This document shows, one piece after another, positions 9,549 through 16,777 of a stretch of 32,000 bases of DNA. Numbering within the stretch: position 1 is the first letter of the stretch; every line of letters starts with the position of its first letter. The notes beneath the pieces were generated by a model that was given only the letters and a program-made list of their open reading frames with translations, had not been told where the DNA came from and did not search any database. The DNA lies in assembly GCF_002803295.2 (NCBI RefSeq), contig NZ_PGGB02000003.1:90210-122209 (forward strand), given 5' to 3'. This DNA is from Caedibacter taeniospiralis. GTDB lineage: Bacteria; Pseudomonadota; Gammaproteobacteria; Francisellales; Francisellaceae. The position numbers were made by a program, and so were the translations under genes.

Positions 9549-10568
9549 TCATTGAAGCAAATGGTAATCAAAGGTTCTTCTTAAGGCATCTTGCATGGAA
9601 ACCTTTGGCTCCCAATTTAAATAACGTTTGGCATTTTCAATCGATGGCACACGGCGATCAACATCCTGATAACCTGCTCCATAATAATCCCCGGCCGTCG
9701 TTGCGATGATCCTGGTGTTTTCAGCGCGTGCTCTATATTCAGGATAACGCTTCATTGCTTGAAGGGTGAGCTCTGCCAGCTCTTTAATCGAGTATTCATT
9801 ATCTGGGTTGCCAATATTAAAAATCCGCTGATACGCTTCCTTATCACGTTTTTTAACAATCTTAATTAAGGCATCAATCCCATCATCAATGTAAGTAAAG
9901 CAGCGCTGTTGCGTACCACCATCAACCAATTGTAAATCTTTGCCATCGATTATATTGGAGACAAATTGCGCCAGCACTCTCGCACTGCCTTTTTTAGATG
10001 ACTTGATTTCGTCCTGCTTTGGACCAATCCAGTTAAACGGTCTAAAAAGCGTATAACTCAAGCCTTCTTGCATACCATAAGCATGAATCACCCGATCTAA
10101 AAGCTGCTTAGAGCATGAATAAATCCAGCGTGGCTTGTTAATGGGACCTGTCACTAAAGCGCTTGTTTCCTCATCAAAAGGAATATCTTTACTCATACCA
10201 TACACTTCTGAGGTTGAAGGGAACACCAGATGTTTTTTGTGTTTTACACAAAGTTTGACGATGTCGATGTTTGACTCGTAATCCAGTTTATAGACAAAAA
10301 GCGGATCAGAGACATAAAGTGCTGGATTAGCAACTGCCACTAAAGGGAAAACAACATCACATTTTTGGATATGCTCCTCAATCCAAGCGGTACTCTCAAG
10401 TACATTACCTTTGACAAAATGCAAACGTGGGTGACCTAAAAACTCAGTAATCTTGTGATCTGACAAATCCATGCCATAGATTTCCCAGTTGGTTTCGCTC
10501 AAAATCTTTTCAACCATACTGCTGCCAATAAAGCCATTGACACCTAAAACTAATAATTTTACCGACAT
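9549..10568 (-). CDS. arnA: UDP-glucuronic acid decarboxylase, stand-alone ArnA C-terminal (dehydrogenase) domain
   Basis: Collinear with the E. coli ArnA C-terminal domain: LVLGVNGFIGS, FPSTSEVYGM, GPINKPRWIYSCSKQLLDRVI, FRPFNWIGP. No formyltransferase domain is present. The start at 10568 (MSVK) has AAGGTAAG upstream; ORF 9549..10601 has an earlier start. Confidence 0.85.
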   Translation of the reverse strand: MSVKLLVLGVNGFIGSSMVEKILSETNWEIYGMDLSDHKITEFLGHPRLHFVKGNVLESTAWIEEHIQKCDVVFPLVAVANPALYVSDPLFVYKLDYESNIDIVKLCVKHKKHLVFPSTSEVYGMSKDIPFDEETSALVTGPINKPRWIYSCSKQLLDRVIHAYGMQEGLSYTLFRPFNWIGPKQDEIKSSKKGSARVLAQFVSNIIDGKDLQLVDGGTQQRCFTYIDDGIDALIKIVKKRDKEAYQRIFNIGNPDNEYSIKELAELTLQAMKRYPEYRARAENTRIIATTAGDYYGAGYQDVDRRVPSIENAKRYLNWEPKVSMQDALRRTFDYHLLQ

Positions 10569-10600
10569 TTTTCTTACCTTAGTTATTGTGGGATTACGCA

Positions 10601-10826
10601 CTAATGCACTACCTTAAGCAGTCTTATGAAAAACTACCCCGTCAGCCTGCGGCTGCCACCCCTTCGCTAACGAAGGGGAATTACACATACGCCACAATTC
10701 CCCTTCACTCGTGAAGGGGTGCCGAGCTTGCCTGCCCACTCTCGAGTGGTCAGGCTTGCGAGGCGGGGTAGTGAGTGCTTAAGGTAGTGCCATTAGGATT
10801 AGGTACTTTTGCGCAACTTCAGTTAG
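10601..10826. repeat. composite palindromic intergenic repeat, copy 1 (between arnC and arnA)
   Basis: Outer inverted repeat CTAATGCACTACCTTAAGCA (10601-10620) / TGCTTAAGGTAGTGCCATTAG (10777-10796). Nested pair CTACCCCG (10634-10641) / CGGGGTAG (10764-10771). Hairpins CCCCTTCG-CTAA-CGAAGGGG (10659-10678) and CCCCTTCAC-TC-GTGAAGGGG (10700-10719). Same architecture as 24450-24622. Confidence 0.75.
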
Positions 10827-11810
10827 TTACTTATTTTCTTTTATATCTGCTGTATTACCCTCAGACTTTGACGATAAGCCCGTCGCTAAATAGTCCCTGA
10901 TAATAAAGCGTGGACGTTTGCGTACCTCTTCATAAATTCGCCCGATATACTCCCCAACGATGCCAAGCCCCATCAGGAGCATACCGATAAGGAAATACAT
11001 AATGGCAAACAAGGTAAAAACGCCATCGGCATCAGGTCCCCAAAAAATGCGTTTTACGATCAAAAAGACAAATAGCAAAATACTTAAAAATGACACAATA
11101 AGCCCAGACATCGTAAAGAATTCCAGTGGGGCTTTTGAAAAATTAGCGAAGAAGTCAAAATTGTACCGAATAAGCTTATACAGGTTATAGCTTGATTTGC
11201 CCTGTTCGCGTGCCGCGTGCCTGACCCCGACATCCGTGGGATTTGATGAAAAACTATGCGCTAACGCAGGCAAAAAGGTGGAGTTTTCGCCCGTTGCCAC
11301 CACGCGATCAATCACCTCACGCGTATACGCCCTTAACATGCAGCCTTCATCGACCATATCAATTCCCGTGAGTTTCAATCGCAAGGAGTTATGAAGTTTG
11401 GATACTAACAAACGCCATTTTTTATCCTGGCGATCCATACGATAACCACCAACGACATCGTGCCCTTGTTCAATTTTTTCCAATAATAAGGGAATATCTT
11501 CAGGATAGTTCTGTAAATCAGCATCCATGGTGACAACAACATCACCATCGACGTGTTCAAAACCCGCCATAATCGCCATATGCTGCCCAAAGTTACGGTT
11601 AAAGTTAATGACTTTGACCTCGGTTGGACGCTCTTCATAAATCTTACGCAGAAGATCAATGGACTTGTCTTTGCTGCCATCATTGGTAAAAACTACCTCA
11701 TAGGGTTTGTTAATCGCGTCTAAAGCAGGGAAAAGACGAGAGAATAGCGTTGGTAGCACTTCTTCTTCGTTGTAAACTGGAATTACTACACTTAAATAGG
11801 GTTTGGTCAT
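10827..11810 (-). CDS. arnC: undecaprenyl-phosphate 4-deoxy-4-(formamido)-L-arabinose transferase-like GT2 glycosyltransferase
   Basis: Collinear with E. coli ArnC: VVIPVYNEEE, NFGQHMAIMAGF, DADLQN, GCMLRAY, C-terminal GLGIVGEYIGRIYEEVRKRPRF. Confidence 0.85.
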   Translation of the reverse strand: MTKPYLSVVIPVYNEEEVLPTLFSRLFPALDAINKPYEVVFTNDGSKDKSIDLLRKIYEERPTEVKVINFNRNFGQHMAIMAGFEHVDGDVVVTMDADLQNYPEDIPLLLEKIEQGHDVVGGYRMDRQDKKWRLLVSKLHNSLRLKLTGIDMVDEGCMLRAYTREVIDRVVATGENSTFLPALAHSFSSNPTDVGVRHAAREQGKSSYNLYKLIRYNFDFFANFSKAPLEFFTMSGLIVSFLSILLFVFLIVKRIFWGPDADGVFTLFAIMYFLIGMLLMGLGIVGEYIGRIYEEVRKRPRFIIRDYLATGLSSKSEGNTADIKENK

Positions 11811-11819
11811 TTTTGATCC

Positions 11820-12974
11820 TTAAACTTTTAATATTTTATGTAACGCCTCTAACACATCGTCTTGATCTTTAATCGTCATGTCAGGGAAAAGCGGTAAACT
11901 AATGACGTTCGCGCCAATTTCTTCAGCATTGGGGAAGTCACCTTTTTTAAAACCATATTTATTAACGTAATAAGGGTACAAATGCGCCGCTTCATAGTGC
12001 ACTCCGCAGCCGATATTCATCTCTTTGAGTCGACTCATGAGCTCATCACGCGTTATTTGTGCAACTTGAGCATTCAATGTTGGCGCAAACAAATGCCAGG
12101 CGTGCTTGTGCTCAAAACCTGGCGCCTTTGGCAATATGAGCGCATCAAAATCAGCAAACTTTTCATAGTACCGTTTAACAAGCCTGGTACGTTTTTCAAT
12201 AAAGCCGTCTAATGCGGGCAGCTGATGCACGCCCAATGCTGCCTGCAAATCCATCATATTATATTTAAAGCCAGGGTAAATGATCTGATAATGTGCACTA
12301 CCCTCTTTGCCAAAACGATTCCACGCCTCGCGATCCATGCCGTGAAAGCGCGTCAATGAGATATGCCTGGCAGTCGCCTCATCCCGTGTAACAACGCACC
12401 CTCCTTCACCCGTGGTCATATTTTTGTTCGGATGAAAACTAAAAACCTGAATATCACCGAATGTCCCAAGTTTTTTGCCTTTATATTCAGCACCGATGGA
12501 GTGCGCAGCATCTTCAACAACGGTTAAATGATATTTTCTAGCCAAAGCGTAAATAGGATCCAGATCAACCGAGAGTCCCGCAAAGTGGACAGGCATAATA
12601 ACCCTGGTGTTTTTGGTAATCGCTGCCTCAATTTTATTAACATCAATATTGTAAGTGCCGCGATCAACATCGACTAGTTTCAATTTCGCGCCAACAATCT
12701 CAATAACATTTAACGTTGCTGCAAAGGTCATCGGTGTCGTAATCACCTCATCTTCAGGTTTCAGATCAAGTGCCAAAAGCGCTAAATGCAATCCTGCCGT
12801 AGCTGAGCTTAAACAAAGCGCATGAGGCGCTTGATGATATTCCTGCAGCATGCTTTCAAATTTCTTAAGCTTGGGACCTGTAGTCAGCCAGCCTGAACGT
12901 AAACTATCCACAACATCAGCAATCGCTTCTTCTGATATACTCGGTTTGGCAAAAGGTAAAAATGTGTCTCTCAT
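11820..12974 (-). CDS. arnB: UDP-4-amino-4-deoxy-L-arabinose--oxoglutarate aminotransferase (DegT/DnrJ/EryC1 family)
   Basis: Collinear with E. coli ArnB: FLPFAKPSI, SGWLTTGPK, SSATAGLHLAL, SFHPNKNMTTGEGG (PLP lysine), HAWHLF, SLPLFPDMT. Confidence 0.85.
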   Translation of the reverse strand: MRDTFLPFAKPSISEEAIADVVDSLRSGWLTTGPKLKKFESMLQEYHQAPHALCLSSATAGLHLALLALDLKPEDEVITTPMTFAATLNVIEIVGAKLKLVDVDRGTYNIDVNKIEAAITKNTRVIMPVHFAGLSVDLDPIYALARKYHLTVVEDAAHSIGAEYKGKKLGTFGDIQVFSFHPNKNMTTGEGGCVVTRDEATARHISLTRFHGMDREAWNRFGKEGSAHYQIIYPGFKYNMMDLQAALGVHQLPALDGFIEKRTRLVKRYYEKFADFDALILPKAPGFEHKHAWHLFAPTLNAQVAQITRDELMSRLKEMNIGCGVHYEAAHLYPYYVNKYGFKKGDFPNAEEIGANVISLPLFPDMTIKDQDDVLEALHKILKV

Positions 12975-13007
12975 TGATTTATCTCTATAAAGTTAATTGA
13001 TTTTGGT

Positions 13008-13379
13008 TTATGGCTTGGCAACTAAGTAAACCCCTAAAATAATCACAAAAATGCCTGCAATTCGCGTTGCTGTTAAGGTTTCCCCCAGCATAAAATAGCC
13101 TGCAACCGCCGTCACAATATAGCCAATAGATACCATGGGATACGCCAAGCCAACAGGTACGCGCGACAATACCAGAAGCCACACAACAACACTGATGACG
13201 TAGCACATAAGCCCAAGAATCACAAAATAACTGGTCGCCACTTTCCAACCAATTGGCCAGATGTTGGCAAAGCTAAAACTAAACTCGCCGATTCGATCCA
13301 TCCCAAACTTTAAAAACAGCTGTGCTGAGGCGTTTAATAACACGCCAAATAGCAGCAGACACCAAACGACCAGGGTCAT
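13008..13379 (-). CDS. small EamA/SMR-like 4-TM protein, ArnE/ArnF-type flippase subunit candidate
   Basis: 123-aa ORF with 4 predicted TM helices, located immediately upstream of arnB in the same orientation. Assignment rests on size, topology and context. Confidence 0.55.
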   Translation of the reverse strand: MTLVVWCLLLFGVLLNASAQLFLKFGMDRIGEFSFSFANIWPIGWKVATSYFVILGLMCYVISVVVWLLVLSRVPVGLAYPMVSIGYIVTAVAGYFMLGETLTATRIAGIFVIILGVYLVAKP

Positions 13380-13892
13380 TTTATTTTATCCTCCTATGAC
13401 TTAAAACCGCCAGATAACGGACTTAAGTTTGAATCACATTCAGTAGACTGGCATTGTAATGACTTTGGCTATCAAAAACAAACAAAGTCTGGTGGTCACC
13501 ATAGCTTTGCCCACTTTAGTACCAGGCGAGGCAATCCATAAAACAGCGCTGGATTGCCGCGTCGCTCCCCCTTTTTATCATTCCAACGACATGAAGCTGA
13601 AGCTTAGAGTTTCAAACATTAAAGCTTTGACCACTTTGCTGCAGTTACTATAAATGCTATGCCCTATAAAGTTTAAGTGCGCAAAAAAAGACTTAAAAAT
13701 CATCATTTTGTTGAATTTACTTAGATTACTTAAACTACTGTGACTATCAGTGATAATATAAGCTCAGATATACAACAAAATATAGCCTATTACAACACAT
13801 GCTTATGAGAACCCTAAGCAGCTTCGCTTAAGGGAATCCATATTCACCTGGTTGAACGAGGTCAAAACCATAGTAAAAAACGTGGAGAAAAA

Positions 13893-14609
13893 ATGGGAAC
13901 GGCATTAGAAACCCTGCATGAAAAGATTAAAGGCGAATATAGTAATAAGCTGAAAAACAAGGAAACACTGCAGGATGAGAAAACACTGGCAGATACAGAG
14001 CAATATAAGCTAATTGTAGAAAGATTACATTCCACTGAATTTGAAACTAAGCTTGTCGAGTATTTTAAGCCATCTGAGAATAAAACGTCAGATAATCTCA
14101 CCACCAAGACCAAAAAGTCTCAGCAACCGACGACTACACCGTTAGATAACTTTTACACCTCGCTAGAGCAACTTGCTCAAAATTTTTCTTTACTGGAAAA
14201 AATACTTGATGAGGATAATTTCAAGCCTGAGTATAAATTTACAAATCCAGAGGTTCAATCAACGTGGCTAGGAAAATGCAAGAACAATCCCAAACTATAT
14301 CTGGATAACCGTCACATACCAATGATTGAAGCATGTACTTGGGAGGGAGAAAGAAAAAACAACCATCCTCAACCTTTTAAAAAGCTTGATAATAAGATTG
14401 CCAAGCAGCTAGTGGAGAGCAAGGTTACCGATTTAATGGTAAATGCTACTTTTCCAAGTGCAACGAAGGATCCACAATTGGCAAGGTTATTTTATGATTT
14501 TCAGCATAGATTTTCCCAACTAACGCCTGAATATTTTGACCAGATTATTGGATTGCCAGTCAGAACGATAGATAGCAAAATTCCTGAGAATAATTTCACA
14601 TTCAGATAA
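13893..14609 (+). CDS. hypothetical protein (orphan, effector-like; possibly the N-terminal part of a split gene)
   Basis: 238-aa ORF with GGAG 7 nt upstream of the ATG. It is hydrophilic and Lys/Glu/Thr-rich, and I recognise no family. The downstream ORF's frame is already open from 14572. Confidence 0.5.
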   Translation: MGTALETLHEKIKGEYSNKLKNKETLQDEKTLADTEQYKLIVERLHSTEFETKLVEYFKPSENKTSDNLTTKTKKSQQPTTTPLDNFYTSLEQLAQNFSLLEKILDEDNFKPEYKFTNPEVQSTWLGKCKNNPKLYLDNRHIPMIEACTWEGERKNNHPQPFKKLDNKIAKQLVESKVTDLMVNATFPSATKDPQLARLFYDFQHRFSQLTPEYFDQIIGLPVRTIDSKIPENNFTFR

Positions 14610-14655
14610 ATATACGTTTCGTAAGCTCAAAACGGATGATCGTGCGGGTTATATT

Positions 14656-15903
14656 TTGGGGCACTTAAGTTATTGCTGTCAAAGCATAGGAGCTGAGGGG
14701 GATAGCTGTGCGCGTTATGGGATGCAGGAAGAAAATAGCGGTTTTTATGTTGTTGAAGATAAGAAAGGCGATATTGTTGGTCAAGGCTGGGCAGTTTTGT
14801 ACGAAGAAAAGGGGAAGCAAGTTTTAGCAATTGACTCCTGGGAAAACATACAGGATAGGTTGTCGGATAATGAGAGTAGCAAGCTGTTAGCGCACTTTGG
14901 CTATCTTTGTAAGGAGAATCAGAAGATTGACGAAATTAGGCTGGGTGTGGGCTCTGGATTTGGCGCAAGGATGGCGGATAATAAAGGACTTGTAAAAATA
15001 GAGCAGCCAACGTACCCAAACTCTGAAAAGTATAATGACGGTCAAAAGTTGTATCGTGATGGTGCAACTGCAGTAGCTATAGACTCTAAAAAGTTGGAAT
15101 CTGCTAAAACAATGAACTCTGAAAGTCATACCAGACAGAATGATAAATTGACTTTGAGTATCAACAATGTGGAGCAGGATTATGTTGCCTCCCAAATCAG
15201 TGCAATTACTAGTGCTGCAGATCTGTGTAAATTGATTTGTGGCTTGCCAAAAGAGTATGGTAATAAAGTAATAGATACAGTAGCCGATCAGCTTGGTGGT
15301 GACGATGGGTTGATCAGGGATGCCTATCAATTAGAGGCTTTACTCAAAGTGGTAAGCTCAGAACAACAAACATTTGTTTTAAAGAAAGTAGCCGATCAGC
15401 TTGGTGGTGACGATGGGTTAATCGGGGATGCCTATCAGTTAGGGGCTTTACTCAAAGTGATAGGCTCAGAACAACAAACATTTGTTTTAAAGAAAGTAGC
15501 CGAGCAGCTTGTTGGGTTGATTGACCATAACTATTCGAATCAGTTAGAAGACTTACTCAAGGCGGTAGGTCCTGCACAACAAACACTTATTTTAGAGAAA
15601 GTAGCCGAGCAGCTTGTTGGTGAGAATGGATGGATTGGCTCTAGCCGCTCATTAATGAGTTTACTTGAAGCGGTGGGTTCAGAACAACAAACATTCATTT
15701 TAAACCTGGTTGCTGACAGTCTGTTGAATACAGCCTTGCTAGAGGGGATGCCTGACGAGCTAAAATCAGATGTTATGCGTAGACGCGCAGAAATGACAGA
15801 ACATTCGTCTCCACCCGGTACATCTGGGAAAACTAATACACATTATGAGGAAATTTTTATGCCGACTGAAAAGGGGTCACTCCATTGTGGACCTGGGGTA
15901 TAA
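14656..15903 (+). CDS. hypothetical repeat-containing protein (orphan, effector-like)
   Basis: 415-aa ORF. The N-terminal ~150 aa is globular (LGHLSYCCQSIG...FYVVEDKKGDIVGQGWAVL). The C-terminal half is 4-5 tandem ~36-aa helical repeats. There is no ATG or SD at the listed TTG start, and the first in-frame ATG is at 14722. Confidence 0.55.
   Translation: MGHLSYCCQSIGAEGDSCARYGMQEENSGFYVVEDKKGDIVGQGWAVLYEEKGKQVLAIDSWENIQDRLSDNESSKLLAHFGYLCKENQKIDEIRLGVGSGFGARMADNKGLVKIEQPTYPNSEKYNDGQKLYRDGATAVAIDSKKLESAKTMNSESHTRQNDKLTLSINNVEQDYVASQISAITSAADLCKLICGLPKEYGNKVIDTVADQLGGDDGLIRDAYQLEALLKVVSSEQQTFVLKKVADQLGGDDGLIGDAYQLGALLKVIGSEQQTFVLKKVAEQLVGLIDHNYSNQLEDLLKAVGPAQQTLILEKVAEQLVGENGWIGSSRSLMSLLEAVGSEQQTFILNLVADSLLNTALLEGMPDELKSDVMRRRAEMTEHSSPPGTSGKTNTHYEEIFMPTEKGSLHCGPGV
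15280..15708 (+). repeat. tandem 108-bp (36-codon) coding repeat array, 4 full units (periods 108/108/105/108) plus degenerate flanking units
   Basis: Units start at 15280, 15388, 15496 and 15601, with the next at 15709. Units 1 and 2 differ at 6 of 108 nt by my alignment. Consensus peptide: VA(D/E)QLGGDDGLIGDAYQLGALLKV(I/V)GSEQQTFVLKK. Confidence 0.85.
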
Positions 15904-15904
15904 C

Positions 15905-15926
15905 TCCCCTTCACGTGTGAAGGGGA
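15905..15926. repeat. solo TCCCCTTCAC-GT-GTGAAGGGGA hairpin (same unit as in the composite palindromic repeats)
   Basis: 10-nt perfect inverted repeat beginning 2 nt after the stop codon at 15901-15903. The motif matches 10700-10719 and 24579-24598. Confidence 0.6.
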
Positions 15927-16071
15927 ATTTAGCGCCCACAAATTTGGAATGCGCCCTTTGAAAAGCCTAAAAAGTCTCAAAGTTATGGCGCTGAAGTCTG
16001 ACTCAATTTTACTTGCTGAAAAATCATGTGGAGTAAGAGCTAAGGTCTCGTACCTGGGAAAAACCAGCTAT

Positions 16072-16548
16072 CTAGCTCCATAAAATGACTCCTATGAATT
16101 GCAGAGCATTGCATTTAATACTCCCAATCAATGCTGTATAGCTCACTTTTTCCTGCTCTAAACGCACATTTTTACCATACACGTTGCTGGTAAGCTTTTG
16201 ATATAAGTCCAACTCATCATTTGTTAAACGTGAAAGCACTCGATGTTCAGGTTTGGGTTCTTCTCCCCAAAACTCTTTGTGACTCAGCAGGGTTTTTTCA
16301 TCCATCAAGAGACTTTTCACCTGCGGCAGTTTGGTGCGAAGCTGATCTAAAATCGCAAAACCATGGCTATCGATATCGCCCCAATAATAAATATTGACAT
16401 TATGTAGCCAGGTAATTTGCGCTAAATTTTCAAATCCATAGCCAGCACCGAATATCACAAGACTATGCTTAAGCCTTGGGAAACAGAGAAAATTGATTTC
16501 ATTTTCGGTAAAAAATACATTCTGCAGGTTTTGCTTTATTTGCGGCAA
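16072..16548 (-). pseudogene. jetD: jetD/mksG (DUF2220 Toprim-type nuclease) C-terminal remnant
   Basis: It contains FFTENEINFL and YYWGDIDSHGFAILDQLR...SLLMDEKTL...RLEQEKV, the Toprim-like C-terminal module of Wadjet JetD. Only about 160-170 codons remain, and the frame has no ATG because the listed start is TTG. Confidence 0.7.
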
Positions 16549-16580
16549 AGTAATGAGCGTATCAAAATCGCGACTATTAA

Positions 16581-16777
16581 CGCCTCATCAATTACTACAA
16601 AACGAAATGTGCGAGATCGGGTATTTGTCCATTCCAAACCAAACTGATACGCCAAACCTGCTTATCACAAGTCCCCCAGTTAAACACTTCAAGTCTTTCT
16701 AAACGAAAACCACTTAAGCGAATATCATCTAAATCATCAAAGTTTGCATCAATATTTAAGTCCAGTTGTTCAGCCAT
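16581..16777 (-). pseudogene. jetC: jetC/mksF (SMC-like ATPase) remnant: about 40 N-terminal codons plus an out-of-frame Walker-B relic
   Basis: The ATG at 16775-16777 overlaps the jetB stop (TAATG). The N-terminus [13 protein letters not shown] is the JetC head start. A second frame reads [25 protein letters not shown] (16581-16655), the C-terminal Walker-B region. Confidence 0.6.

Noticed and set aside
9206-9709. ORFs 9206..9499, 9307..9552 (minus) and 9458..9709 (plus)
   Set aside because: They overlap each other, the cyoA start and the arnA-type gene end. Their sequences (VIPAKAGIQ, SFPRRRESS) are the typical translation of an intergenic repeat, so they are not genes.
10960-13248. ORFs 10960..11190, 11197..11394, 11405..11683, 11982..12212 and 12985..13248
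   Set aside because: They are alternative-frame or antisense ORFs wholly inside arnC, arnB and the arnE/F-like gene. No independent support.
13530-13558. Hairpin GGCAATCCA-N11-TGGATTGCC in the arn upstream region, as a possible regulatory element or further REP family
   Set aside because: There is only one copy in this window, and ORF 13459..13653 across it looks like a repeat translation artefact (LDCRVAPPF). One copy is not enough evidence to call a family or a function.
14887-15330. Minus-strand ORF 14887..15330 (147 aa), together with 13862..14113 and 14627..14830
   Set aside because: They lie antisense within the effector-like ORFs and are low-complexity with no start signals. The plus-strand frames are longer and carry the repeat structure in frame.
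15280-15708. Regularly spaced 108-bp repeats that could be mistaken for a CRISPR array, or for TAL-effector-like DNA-binding repeats
   Set aside because: The repeats are contiguous with no unique spacers and lie in one long open reading frame, so this is not a CRISPR array. The 36-aa unit shares only a GG-containing loop with 33-35-aa TAL/BAT repeats, has no matching consensus, and shows no hypervariable two-residue position, so I do not claim TAL relatedness.
16465-16702. Plus-strand ORFs 16465..16647 and 16493..16702
   Set aside because: They lie antisense to the jetC/jetD remnants, whose minus-strand frames carry recognisable Wadjet motifs.
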